A stretch of 64,000 bases of DNA from Selaginella moellendorffii (taxonomy: Eukaryota > Plantae > Lycopodiophyta): the NCBI RefSeq assembly GCF_000143415.4, contig NW_003314265.1, positions 2,683,181 through 2,747,180 on the forward strand. The letters run 5' to 3'. The position numbers and the translations under genes were made by a program. The first letter of the stretch is position 1. Every line of letters begins with the position of its first letter. Below the pieces are notes generated by a model, which saw only the letters and a program-made list of their open reading frames with translations, searched no databases and was not told where the DNA came from. This document shows, one piece after another, positions 22,511 to 34,499 of the stretch.

Positions 22511-23271
22511 GGCCTTCCCGGTGTGGACGGACGAAATCTCGCGAAATATTTCCCTTGCCCCGCGCCAAGAACCAATGCCCGTGCCGAAATATTTTCCCTA
22601 GAAGCACTCCTTACCCCGTCAGTGCTAGATCCGCGGTGTACACCCCCGGCATTGTCGAATCCGGGCGAAATGCCGCTCCCCCGGTGCTGGCGGTGTTCCC
22701 TGGAGCGGCGGAGCAGGAGGCGTCGGGGCCGAGGAGAGCAATGCCGGTGGATTTCGTGGCGCGCGCCTTGATTTCGCTGCCAAATCCCAGTGCCAGCGGC
22801 AAGCGCGTCGGGGAAATGCAGCACAGCGGCTGCTACCTGCGAGTGCGTAGATCCCCACAGCGCCGCGGCACCATCGCTCTCCGATCTTGCGCTAGGGTTT
22901 TGAGAGTTACGCTAATTTAAACAAATAAAGCCAGGATGGAACGGGTTTAGGGTTTAGCTACGGTAAAAAACAGGAAGAAAGAGTGTGCTAATTAAGAGTT
23001 AATTAATGGGGGTTTAATAAAAAGTAGTGGCGGTCTCATTGCCTCCATTTCCTCCAGTGCGCTTGGAATAATCCGCCCAAACCAAGCCGTTAAGCTGAAG
23101 GAAGAAGAAACGATGGACATTGATAATGATTCTAGAAAACATTGGTAAAGAGCCATCATAGCTAAAGTAGCTTTGATCAAAGCTTGGACTTCTAGAACTA
23201 TTCTAGCTATCAAGGAATATACATCCATACATACAAAAACCGTTCGTAAGTAGACCCTCCCAAGAGATTCT

Positions 23272-24530
23272 CTAGTCGTCATCGCCATATTGGCTGTTGA
23301 TCAAGGAGAGCGCCCAAGCATCCGGGCTGAATCCACGCGATGGAAGCTCTGGATCATCCGAGAGCTCGCTGGCTTGATCGCTCATGCTCACAACCGGTGC
23401 CAGAGCCAGATCTTGCTCTGGGGGTATGTTCTCCGCGAGGGGCTGGACGCTCAAGGCCACCATTTGCTTGGAATGCTCGCCTCCTGCGCAAAAAGCTTCG
23501 TTTTCCGAGATGAAACGTGGAAGAATGAAGATCAATGCTCTTACCAGTGACCACCATTTGCTTGGAATGCTCGGCTCCTGCGCAAAAACCATCGTTTTTC
23601 AACTAGAAACGAAAGAAAAAGTGGGACGAACTTACCATTGATGGGATCAGCCACAGCGGATGGAAAATCTCCTGCAAAACTCGCCGAGGATGAGATCGTA
23701 TAGTCGTAAAGCTACGCTTTTTTCGTTTACCGTATGGAGAGACTTTCCTTGTTGGAGCCCGGAAGATGAATGGCTCCAGGACGATCCCGAGACGCTCCGG
23801 ATTCGTTCGAGGCTTTTTATTAGCCGGAGGAAAGGCTTTGCTTCCCCCAAGAACAGCGATCTCCTCTTTAGATGCAGCGGCAGGCTTTTGAGCTTCCACC
23901 GGTTTGAGAGGAGAGGAAGAAACGGCAGGCTTTTGAGCTTCCACCGGTTTGAGACGAGAGGAAGAAACTTTGGCTCCAGCGGCAGCTTTTCTTGAAGCTT
24001 CCACCGGACTGGAAGTGGAAGCTTTGAATCCAGCAGCCTTTGCCGCTGGCGATGCGCGACATCGCGACGGTCTCTTTTCCTTTCCCCGGTCGACCACTGG
24101 CAGTCATGCTTTTGTTCGAGAAAAGAGAGAAAAGAGATTTTTTTTTTCTTACCAGTGCCAGTCGAGGAGCTCTTCATGGAAGTACCGCTTTCGATCGCCA
24201 ATGTGTCCGCTTCCTGCTGCGCAACATCGGCTATGAGCATGGAAGCGAAACCAAAGAGAAGAAACGAAGAAACGAATGGGAAATACCATCTGGTCGAGGC
24301 AAAGCTCGGCCAGAACTTCGAAATGGTTTTGCTCCAGGAATGCCCATCCATTGTAAACCTGCAAGCCGACGATCGATCAGGAGCAAAATACACACACACA
24401 CAAAAAAAAAAAGTGGTTCTTTAGAGACCTTGAGCGCCTCGGTGAGAACCCCGAGAACAAATTTTCTGGGCAGCCCAATCGCTGCCATGGCATCCAGAGC
24501 TCTCGCTGTTCTCTCGCTGTCTTCGTGCAT
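23272..24530 (-). CDS. WIYLD (ubiquitin-binding) domain protein with a low-complexity C-terminus, multi-exon; 3' end uncertain
   Basis: ERTARALDAMAAIGLPRKFVLGVLTEALKV|YNGWAFLEQNHFEVLAELCLDQ matches the WIYLD pattern. Later exons are Lys/Ser/Pro-rich with short internal repeats. Confidence 0.68.
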
Positions 24531-24769
24531 CGCTCCCGCCCTGAAACATAAAATCTAGAAAGAAAATGACCTTTGCATGACCCAAAACAAAATCATGTTT
24601 TTCCTCAACAAGCTGAAAAAAAAAATTGGAGCTTGGATTTGTGTCAGACTCTATATAATGTAAAGTCGATTGTCAAACGCTCTCACAAAAGGGCTTCTTT
24701 GTCCCCCATTGCGAAACTCTGAATCTCGCCTGTATACACAACGAAGAAAGAAAGATCTTCTTGCCTTGC

Positions 24770-26341
24770 TTACTTTCCATGCAGCTTGCAGTAAGCGTAG
24801 AATCCAGAACCCAAAAATCCCAGAGCTTGGCCCAAAACGTTTAGCTGTTGGCACAAAGCCACACAGATTTTCGAGTGAGAACAAAAAGGAGCACAAAAAC
24901 TTGGCCTCACCCAGTCAAACGGCAGGCCTCCAAAAAGCAGCCATCCCAGAAAAATAGTGCCGAGGTCCTGCCAGACGAAATCAAAAACCAAAAAAGAACT
25001 TTGAAAGTTTGCCAAGCAACAGATGTGTAGCAAACGAACCTTGATGTTTCCGCACATTGTTTGCGTCAATGGCGAGTTTAGAGACGTGTTGAGGAAAATT
25101 GTGTAGTTAAAAATGAAGGCTAGAATACATGATAAAACTAGCACAGCCTGAGAGAGAGGAAACCAAAAGCTAATCAGCAAGCAGCTTAAACCGAGTGATG
25201 AAACTCCAACCTGGAATCCGTGCTCGTATAAAGCTGGAAAATCTGTTGCTGAGTGAAGCTCTCCCGTCAGCCATGTCCAGACTAGCAGTATTGGTAAACA
25301 AACTAAGCCTGCTCAGAATAAAAGTGTAAAGAAACACAGAGCTTTACGGAAAACCATGAGCTTACTATTACACCACATGAGGCCAAAGCTGTTTAGTCCT
25401 GTGACCTTCCCTGCAAAGTGATTGATCGTATGACAATGAGCATAAAACGGGAGAAAAAGTCGCAAACATACCGAGGCGAGCAATCACCGCTAGGTAGATT
25501 GCCGTTGTTACGTTGGAGATGACAACCAAAGAATAGCCGGCGGTATCAAAGGAGAAGTCTCTGGCTCCAGCTAGAAACGCTCCAAAGACTATAACTCCCA
25601 CGCTGCAAAAAGAAAGAGGCAAAAGTTCTTAAAGTTTTTCCTTTCTCTATCTTGCGAGATCTTAGAGACAAACCTGCAAATCACTTCTCTCGAATGCCTC
25701 TGTCCCATGATGGCGTACTCCATTGCCATTGTGAACAAGACTGTCGTTCGCCGGAGCGTTGTGTACATTGGCACGCTCACTCCTCTGAGTGACGCCATTC
25801 CAATCACCTGTTCATGCGCGAAAACTGAGAAGAGATTGACAAAGTCGAGCTCACTCACCATGTACATTAGATACGAGAATGACAGTGGTAGAGTCCGCTT
25901 GAAAGTTCTCATGGGAACCAAAAGCCTCTTGCTGGTCGACCCTTCCTTCCCGAGAATAATTTCCAGTGGCTCATTCTCAAACGTGATCCAGTTCCAGTAT
26001 CGCAGAGTGTAAAGTAGGCAGATCGAGCAGATGATCTTTGCGAAAAATGTGAAAAGGAAGAAACAGGAAAAAAACAAACCGAAGTACCTGAAGAAGTGTG
26101 ATCACGTTAGCACAGGGAAAGCTGTAAGTTGAGAGCGCAGCCTTGTTAAACATGACGAGCAAAACTGCAAGAGATGAGAAAAAAAACAAAGAGATCAGCT
26201 CTCCTGACCTACAGGATGAATCGATCGGTCCATTCATCCATCGATCGGCGTACCTGCGCAAGCCATGTAGGAGAGAGCGGCGAGGATGCCCCGCCGCCCC
26301 ATCCCCCTGGCGCCCATGTCGTCTACGCCATCGCCCGCCAT
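24770..26341 (-). CDS. Nucleotide-sugar transporter (UGNT1/UTr7-like, SLC35D group), multi-exon
   Basis: RRGILAALSYMACA|VLLVMFNKAALSTYSFPCANVITLLQ, GVSVPMYTTLRRTT, GAFLAGARDFSFD, LNSPLTQTMCGNIK|D, and terminal GFYAYCKLHGK*. Confidence 0.9.
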
Positions 26342-26585
26342 TCTTCCTCTCCTCTACAGCATTGACCACTCTCCCAGGAACCCTAATTCCTGTTTGAATT
26401 GAACGTTGATCTCGGTGAAACGCTGACCGAGAAGAGAGTTGCGCGTTCCCGCCCAAAAGAAGTAACTTCCGAAGTTTTCGGTGTTTTGCCTTTTCTCTTG
26501 CGTTGATGTGCTTGATCTTCACAAGAGCAAACTCTTCTACAATGTTTTGGTATCAATCGCATTGGTGATAACATGAGCTTCTTCT

Positions 26586-28460
26586 TTAGTTCGCTATAAG
26601 AACTTGCTTGTATTCGAAGAACGAATGATCTATCGTCTCCTCCACTAGCAGCAAGGACTTCGACTCGTCCACCTCGTGATCCTGGGCGAAGAGGCTGGAG
26701 AGGAGGGCATACGCGGACGATCTCTTGGGCGACGACGCGAGCGCCAACTCCGAGATCCTGCGACCCCTCCTTGGATCTCGGTGAACCCGGCAAGCGCCCA
26801 CCAAGCTCGTCAAGCTCACAAAGTCGGGCTCAAACGGCATGTTGGCGACGAGATCCTCGGCCTTTTCCAGCTGCCCGGTTCTCCCCATGAGATCCACAAC
26901 GCAGCCGAAGTGATCCCTCTCAGGGACGATGCCGTGATCGCCCACCATGGTTGCGAAGCAGCGGAGAGCGTCGCGGAGCTCCCCCGCGTGGCTGCACGCC
27001 GAGAGAAGCACGGTAAAGCTCACGGGATCGGCGTGGAAGCCCGCCAGGTTCATGTCTTGGAAGAGCTCCAATGCGGCGGCGGAGTGGCCGGCGTGCGCGT
27101 ACGCCGCGAGCATCGTGTTCCACAGCAGCACGCACAGCTCCGGGAGATCGTCGAAAAGCTTGCGCGCGGTGGCGACATGGCCACAGCGGCCGTAGACGTT
27201 GATGAGCATCGCGGCGAGCGTGGCATCGGCGGCGAGGCCACGGATGGAGATCTCCTCGTGGATGGCCTTGCCCGCGTCCAGCACGGCCTCGCGCGCGCAC
27301 GCGTGGAGGCTGCTGATGAAGGTGATGCGATTCGGGGACGCGCCGCTCGCCACCATCGCCCGGAAGAGCTCCAGCGCCTCGCGGAAGCTCGAGTGCTGGA
27401 CCGCCGCCGCGATGATCGCGTTCCAGGCCACCACGTCCGGGTCGGCCAGCGCGTGGAAGACGTCTCTTGCGCCTTGCAAGTGCCCGTTCTGGGCGAACGC
27501 TGCGATCATCGTGGTTGAGGAGACGGGGCTCTCCTCCGGGAGGAGATTGTAGAGACGCATCGCGGAGGAGAGGTCACCGATCCGGGCAAAGTCGATGATG
27601 AGCGCGTTCCAGGCGAGGTTGTCGTGCTGCGGCATCCGATCAAAGACGCTGCTCGCCTGCGAGAGATGGCCGTGCTGTGAGAAGCTCATCATCAGCGCGG
27701 TCCAGCTGATCACGTCCCTCCCGGCCATGGAGTGGAAGACGCTGGCCGCCTCGATCGCCTGCCCGGCCTTGCCGTAGAGATTGATCAAGCTGTTGTGGAC
27801 CTTGCGATCCAGCAAGACGCCACTGCTCGCAACCTCCGCGTGGATGATCCGGCCGAGGGACGCCCACGCGAGGCAGCCAGCACACGCTTCGATCGCGGTC
27901 GTGAATGTAATGCGATCCGCCGCGACGCCCTCAATTTGCATCAGTCGAAAGAGATTGATCGCCTGCTGGGAATACCCGTTCTGGGCATACGCTGCGATCA
28001 TCGCGTTCCATGTCACGGTGTCGTGATCCGGGGTTTGATCGAAGACCTCTCTGGCCTCGCGTACCCATCCCTTCTGCGCGAAGCTTGTGATCATCAGATT
28101 CCAGGAGACCGAGTCTCTCTCAGGCATCCGCTCAAAGATTTTCTTCGCGTCACCAAAATGCCCGTTCTGGGCAAATGCCGCACTCATGATGTTCCAGGAG
28201 AAGACGTTGCGCTCCTTGATCCTGGAAAAAGCCCTCGCGGCACCCTCGATATCGCGGCAGCTGCCATACATCTGGACGAGGAGATTCCCCAGAAACGTTG
28301 ATCCATCCAGCCCCAGCTTGCCGAGCTCGGCGTGGATTTGCTTGCCATCGGCTAGGGCCTTGGATCTGGCGCAGCGGCGGATCTCCTCGCCGAGCCGATC
28401 CACGGAAGGAGCTGCCAGTCTCGATCTTGCGGCGTTGCTTGCCCATTCGCGCTGGATCAT
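26586..28460 (-). CDS. PLS-class pentatricopeptide repeat protein with E domain, no DYW
   Basis: Intronless 624-aa ORF with P-L-S repeats (ERDSVSWN, DVVAWNAII, PNRITFIS) and an E-domain (MPFEPDFVSLTSLVGACRVH...SAYALLSSLFA). Confidence 0.93.
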   Translation of the reverse strand: MIQREWASNAARSRLAAPSVDRLGEEIRRCARSKALADGKQIHAELGKLGLDGSTFLGNLLVQMYGSCRDIEGAARAFSRIKERNVFSWNIMSAAFAQNGHFGDAKKIFERMPERDSVSWNLMITSFAQKGWVREAREVFDQTPDHDTVTWNAMIAAYAQNGYSQQAINLFRLMQIEGVAADRITFTTAIEACAGCLAWASLGRIIHAEVASSGVLLDRKVHNSLINLYGKAGQAIEAASVFHSMAGRDVISWTALMMSFSQHGHLSQASSVFDRMPQHDNLAWNALIIDFARIGDLSSAMRLYNLLPEESPVSSTTMIAAFAQNGHLQGARDVFHALADPDVVAWNAIIAAAVQHSSFREALELFRAMVASGASPNRITFISSLHACAREAVLDAGKAIHEEISIRGLAADATLAAMLINVYGRCGHVATARKLFDDLPELCVLLWNTMLAAYAHAGHSAAALELFQDMNLAGFHADPVSFTVLLSACSHAGELRDALRCFATMVGDHGIVPERDHFGCVVDLMGRTGQLEKAEDLVANMPFEPDFVSLTSLVGACRVHRDPRRGRRISELALASSPKRSSAYALLSSLFAQDHEVDESKSLLLVEETIDHSFFEYKQVLIAN

Positions 28461-28502
28461 AGCCGATCGTCATCCGGGCCGGATGGGAATGCCCTAAGTT
28501 TC

Positions 28503-30004
28503 ATGGCATTTTCATGTGGTGTGAGGTTCTTCTCGCCCTCGCCATCGCCATCGCCATTCGCAGCGCCCAGATCGACGTCCCAGCGGCATTTGGCCTCTGC
28601 TAGCAGTGAGTCGTTGCGATTTGGGTGGTGTCAATCACTCTCTTGATTGGTGATCCCAGTGGCTAGCGGCGGCGATGGCGATGGCGATCCCATCCGGCAT
28701 TGGATCCTTGGAGATGGCGGCGCTACCAAGATCACCAGGATTACGCCTGTGGGAGGCGGATGCATCAATGCTGCCAATCGCTACGACACGGACGCTGGCT
28801 CTTTCTTCGTGAAAACGAACAGGCAAGGAATTCTCTTATTTTCTTTTCTCTTGAGAGCTATGGTTTCTTACCGGGATGGATGGATGGATTGTTTCTACAG
28901 AGGAATCGATTCTTCCATGTTTGAGGCCGAGGCCGCTGGCCTGGATGCCATGTACCGGACGAACACTGTACGCGTGCCAAAGCCTCTAAAGGTCTCACAT
29001 TTTCTTTCTTCTTTCTCCAACTTTGTTTCATAGAGTTGTCTTGTTTCTTTGCTTCTACCTTTTTTTTTTCTTTTCTAGGCAGGGAGTTTGCCCCGAGGAG
29101 GCTCTTTCATCATCATGGAATACATCGAGTTTGGCGGATCGACACTTCATGGCCAGGTGAGAAAGCAGTGCATGGTGATGAAGAGTTGTTTTGTTTAAAC
29201 ACTTTCAGTTTTCCAGAGGGAGCTGGGGAGGATGCTTGGGAAAATGCACAAGGCTGGGATTTCCGACAGAGGATTTGGATTTGAGATGGATAACACCATT
29301 GGCAGGCAAGTTCTTTTGGAGTTCGTGTTTTGTCATTGTGTTTTTGCTGTGATCAGCACACCGCAGCCGAATCCATGGACACCCGACTGGATCACGTTCT
29401 TCCGTGATCACCGCATTGGTCACCAGCTGGAACTACTCTTCACGAATTACAGCGACCAGCAAATCTACGAGAAAGGTTCTTCCACGTGAAGTAGAGTGCT
29501 GAAGCGCCATTTTGTCTTCCAGGCAAAAAACTGCTGGAGAAGATCCCATATCTTCTCAGAGACTTGAAGGACGTGCAACCGTGCTTGCTTCACGGAGATC
29601 TCTGGAGTGGCAACATGGCTTACGACAAGGATGGCAAGCCTGTCATTCTCGATCCAGCTTGCTACTGTAAGATCCTCGTCGTCCTCTCAAAGTTTTCAAT
29701 TTTTCTTCCCAGATGGTCACAACGAGGCGGAATTTGGAATGTCGTGGTGTGCGAGTTTCAACTCAAGCTTCTACGATGCATACTTCAAAGTAAAAAGTCG
29801 TCATTCCCTTCATCGTTGCTGAGGAGAAAGCGTGTTAAACAGTCTTGTTCTTTACTTTTCCAGGAGATGCCAAAGCAGAAGGGATTTGAAGACCGGCTCC
29901 ATCTCTACAAGCTCTACCACTACTTGAACCATTACAATCTCTTTGGGAGCTCCTACCGCACGCAGTGTATCTCGATCATAAGTCGGTACAATAATCAACT
30001 TTAG
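28503..30004 (+). CDS. Protein-ribulosamine/fructosamine 3-kinase, chloroplast-type, multi-exon
   Basis: Transit-peptide exon, then PVGGGCINAA, FFVKTNR, MFEAEAAGL, FGFEMDNTIGSTPQ.N.W, PCLLHGDLWSGN, ILDPACY|YGHNEAEFGM and LYHYLNHYNLFG. Confidence 0.93.
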
Positions 30005-30379
30005 AAGATGGTAAGAAGGAATATGAGTTAGAAGCATCAAAAGGCTAACTTGATCGGATTTCAAAAATTCCTGCTAGATCTAAATTAGTTTTGTTCAGAA
30101 AGTTCATAAGGTCTCTCAATACAACAAGGCCAGAAGTGAATGCAAAATAAGTACCGATCTTCCCCGGTACGAAGGTCACCTCATCCGGCAGTGGCTGCTC
30201 GGTTGCTGGATGGATCTCGTGCTGTGCTCGAGCTGCACTGGATCCTTATGCTGCTCAGGCTGCATGAGAGCTTAGGTTCTAGTTCATGATTGAGGTGGCT
30301 ACCAGTCTCTTGGGCTCCCAGCTCTGGAGCCTTAAAGTCTTGTTCAAAGTTGTCGAAACATGCGTGGAGTGTACTTCGA

Positions 30380-30680
30380 CCAAGGTGAGTGTCCATGACA
30401 TTCAAACCTACTAGATGTTTGCAGTTCTCAAAGCCATAGCCATGGCTCTACTGGATAATTGTGTGAGATTGACTTTGTGTCCAAGATGTCCAAGAGTTTC
30501 ATCCACACCTTGCTTGAAGTAACGCTTGTAGGGGTCGAATCATGCAACGTCCAATGGCTGCATGTGGCAATATCACATCCATGCCTAACATTCTCGCTGT
30601 GTCCATGGCAAGTTTGGTCACTTGGTAATGATTTTACAAATTCTTCAAGCCAAAATGGCCACAAGCTGTCTGTCATCTAG
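30380..30680 (-). mobile_element. Degenerate pogo/CENP-B-type (DDE_1) transposase fragment
   Basis: The minus strand reads GMDVILP...MQPLDVA*FDPYKRYFKQ...AMAMALRTANI, the QPLD signature region, with a stop and frameshifts. Confidence 0.65.
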
Positions 30681-32439
30681 GTTTTGTTGCTGTGACGAAC
30701 GCAGTTCTAAAGCTTGATTCAACAAATCACTGCAATAATGGTGATTGATAAAAGGCGCCAAGAGGCAGTTATGGTCGAGCCGCCCGAGGGTAGGACTGGA
30801 CATGCGCTGTGCTTGGCGGAGCTAGAGAGAGTGCAGGAGCGAGTTTTTCCATGCATCTCTTCCGCAGGTAACAGATTACCACCTCTATTCCGTACAACTT
30901 GAACTTCTCAAGTTACGCCGATCTCGACTCATGGGTCACATTCGAGCATCTCTGGAGCTGTCAACGTGCGGTACGCCACAAGCTCTGGAGCTCGCATTCA
31001 CAAAGTGAGTGTATGTTACACAGGGTGTTTTTTACATGTCGGTGGTTCTTTTGCAGGATGAATGACGAGCTGCGGGCTGAGGTGGGAACATCAGATTGCT
31101 GGATATGTGTCCATCTCTCTTCTTGATTGCTGTTAATGTTTGGTGTTCAGTATAGGATTGGTGTGCACAAAACATGTCCTTGAAGGTGGTCACATGTGTA
31201 TGTGTTTGGCGAGGCCCTTGCGTCGGTGACGCTGTGTCGAAGTGGGAAGGACGAGATGCTGAGCCGTCTAAGTTCTCTTTACCGTCTCAAAAATGCTAGC
31301 CCCCTGCAAAGTAGCAGTCGACCTTTTTATTACCACAAGGTACTCACTCTTTTGTTGAAATTTGTTATTCTGAAAGTTTGTGCACACAGGAGCGGCTGAC
31401 TACAGCAGACACCTATCTTATTGTTGCGTCAAATCACCTAGAGTGTCACATGGATAGCGATTTTACAAGCGTTTTCACCTCTCGGATTGACGCACTCGTG
31501 AGTATTACATACTTCTAATCCACAAAAGACGAGCTTGTAATGTGCGAACTAGTACAGGGCCTCGAGGAAGCATGGCGCCAGATTGCCGGTACAGGGACTG
31601 ATGAATGCAGGACATTCGCAGTACTTCCTGCTGGAGAGCTGCTGCGACAGAAAGTGGCCGGTGAGTGGACAGGGACAAAGAGGAAACCCTAATCAACATT
31701 TATCATCCTGCTGAATCTGAGTCTGAAGACAAAGAAATGAGGCTAGGGGTATTACACCCCATGGTTTGCACCCCCACCGTACATCCATAATCTATTTGCA
31801 GCTATATAACCATAGTACCGGTTTCAGTCAATGGGAACCCTCAAGTACCCAAACCCATTACGTCTTGCGAGCCTGCACGTCCCAGGGAACCCTGCATAAG
31901 GGTGATGGACTTCAAGGTAATAGCGCTTCAAATTCACCTCTCTTTTTCTTTGTTGTTTGAGATTTTTTTATCAGGAAAAGGACCTCAAGCTTGTCTGTAA
32001 AGTCAACTTTTGCAAGTTTGTGATTAAATGTGGGAACATAGGAGAGTGGTTTGTGGACGGAAAGAATGATGCTATTGTAATTCCTGTTGGAGGTCAGATA
32101 CACAGAGGTGAAGCAAAGGGGTTTTTGGCATTTGACTTGAGCTTTTGTCTTTTCAGAAATATGTTTTGCTACTGGTTCCTTTATTGTTGGATATCATGTA
32201 ACTTGTCTTTCCTTATTTCATCTTTTTACCTTTTAACTAACTTGTTTCTCAGCCCTTCAGCAAGACTGCGAGCATTATTACTCAAGGCCCAAAATACTCC
32301 AAAGTCAGGGAGACAGAAGCTGCCAAGCATCTTGGTCTCACTTACAGGTATGAGTAGCAAATTTAACACATTGTGCTTTTGCTATAAGTAGTGGCATTTG
32401 GGGGTACTAAAGACATATGTGTTAATGAAAAGGCATTTT

Positions 32440-33540
32440 TTCTAGCTTGGAATAAAGTTAGATGAGTTGTTTGACCTACCAAGCAGTCAAAGTTGATCAT
32501 TAGAAGTTTATTATTTATATGTACCTAAGAATAATTTGGATAAATCTTGATGAGTTTTATCATTGGTTTGCCCAAGAATTTTTGAGGAAATGATGTTATT
32601 TGGGTTGCTATGGATCATTTGATAAAGATTGGCTCATTTTTTCTTGGTGAAAATAACAATTAAAGTTTTTGAACTTATGTAAATTAGTTGTTTAGTATTT
32701 ATGGTTTGATGAGTGACATTGTGAGTGAACGAAATCTTAAATTCATATCAAAGTTTTGGCAAGTAGTCTTTAAAACGCTAGAGACTACATTAAGCATCAG
32801 TAGTGGTGAACATCCATAATTAAATGAGTAAATAAAGTGCATGAATTAGCTATTAGAAGATATGTTGAGGGTTTTTTCTTTTAGGAAACTTGATATGGGA
32901 AAAAGAACTTATTTTTCATAATAATGCTAAAAAATTAGCTATTGATATATCTTCATTTATAGCATTGTATGTCTACCATAGGTTTGAGTTTGACTTATGA
33001 ATGCATTTTACTTATAATTTCCTCAAGGATATATAAAATAAGCTTGAGTTAGCAAAGTTGAACATAAGGTAACTCAAGAATGAGACAAAAGGTTGGATGG
33101 TGAGCATTATTATCATTGGGAGTACAAAGTTAGTGACAAGTTTTTCCTTAAGCTATCTAATACATAATGGTCTTTGAAAGGTGGTGGTAATACTAAGTTA
33201 TTTTTATGGTATTTGAAAATTATCCAACATTAAAGCCTAAAGTGCAATTGAAGGTCTTAAACAATTTTATAGTGCATGAGGGACCTTGATTACACTTGTT
33301 GGACTTGCTAACTAATTTAAAAATTCATTCAACATTCCACATAGAAGATTAAAGTGTGTGCACTTTAACAATGTTATTCCTAAAAACTGATGTTGAAGAA
33401 GTTAGTCCAACCTATAAAGTTGGTGAAGATACACTGTAAAACAGCAAAGGAGTTGTTAGTTTAGTGGAATGGCTTATAGCAAAGGCTATATGTGAAGTTT
33501 GTAAATGACTTGAAAAAAGTATTTCCAAGTTTTAATTATA
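32440..33540 (+). mobile_element. Degenerate Ty3/Gypsy integrase (probable chromodomain end)
   Basis: Eroded remnants in the expected order of QxVKVxH, SMDFIxGLPR, DVIWVxxDxLxKxAHF, IVSxRxxKFxSKFW, HPxxxGQxExxNxxLEDMLR. Many stops; AT-rich. Confidence 0.72.
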
Positions 33541-34499
33541 ATTGGACAACATTCCTAAAAAAGAGAAAAACTAAGTTCTATATTGTTATACTGTTATTTT
33601 AATTTCATTCTCTTGTTTTCATGATGTAGTATCATGTAAAAAAGCCATATTATTTTCTTTCCTTTGTGGCTGTTTATCACAATGTTAGCGTTGTTATTTG
33701 CAAATCTTTCCTCTAGCCTTGTACTCACCACAAAAATATTCTAAGACATGGCCCTAAGATTCATTTCAAGCCAACAGCATGTTCAAGCAAGGTCATGCAA
33801 TGGCCCATTCACTAGCCTCCTGCTCTTGCTGTCCTGCTCCTCTACTGCCACTATGCACTGCACCTTCTTGTGGCCCTGGTGAGTGGTGTAGCTCACCATA
33901 GTTTTCTCTTGAATGGCAATTTATTATATATGGCAAGTCCCAAATTAAGAAATAATTTCTTCCATTCAACACAAGCACTAGAAACTTGGAAGAAATTGAA
34001 CCCCAAGGATTAGTGCTGAAGCCTCTGCACACGACCCATATAGTTTCAAAAGGGACCGGGCACTTGTGAAGGCTTCGTTATACACTTCTTTGGGGGTGAA
34101 TGAAAAGCGAGGTTTGTTGCTCCAACAAGATATATAGCCATCATAATCATCAAAGGCAAGGAGGTCTGTTGCAGTTACCTAGGCTCTCCAGGTGGGTTCA
34201 TCCTTCATGACAAAGTGGACCTACAATTTCAAACACAGAATAACAAACACATGTCTAATTCAGGGCAGCTTACTGCAATGGACACTTTAGCACATTTGAG
34301 TGCCTTTTATATGCTTTCTACAGCAATCCGTGCTGCTTTATCCAGAGGAAACCTGAAATATAATGCAAACTCAGTATACAAGAGGTAAGGTGTGAGTACA
34401 AACCTGCCATGTCTGCACGAGATAGATGGGAGCGTTGTGTGCTTAACACCCTTCCTGCAAGCAAATGATATAGTATATTGAATAACACAAATTTATCAC

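Noticed and set aside
22893-22955. Interstitial telomere array
   Set aside because: Only two or three TAGGGTTT units upstream of the SHOU4-like gene; ordinary promoter telo-boxes.
30700-32400. Short ORFs and splice-like signals suggesting a gene or transposon remnant (also at 33700-34500)
   Set aside because: No coherent spliced frame or recognisable domain could be assembled.
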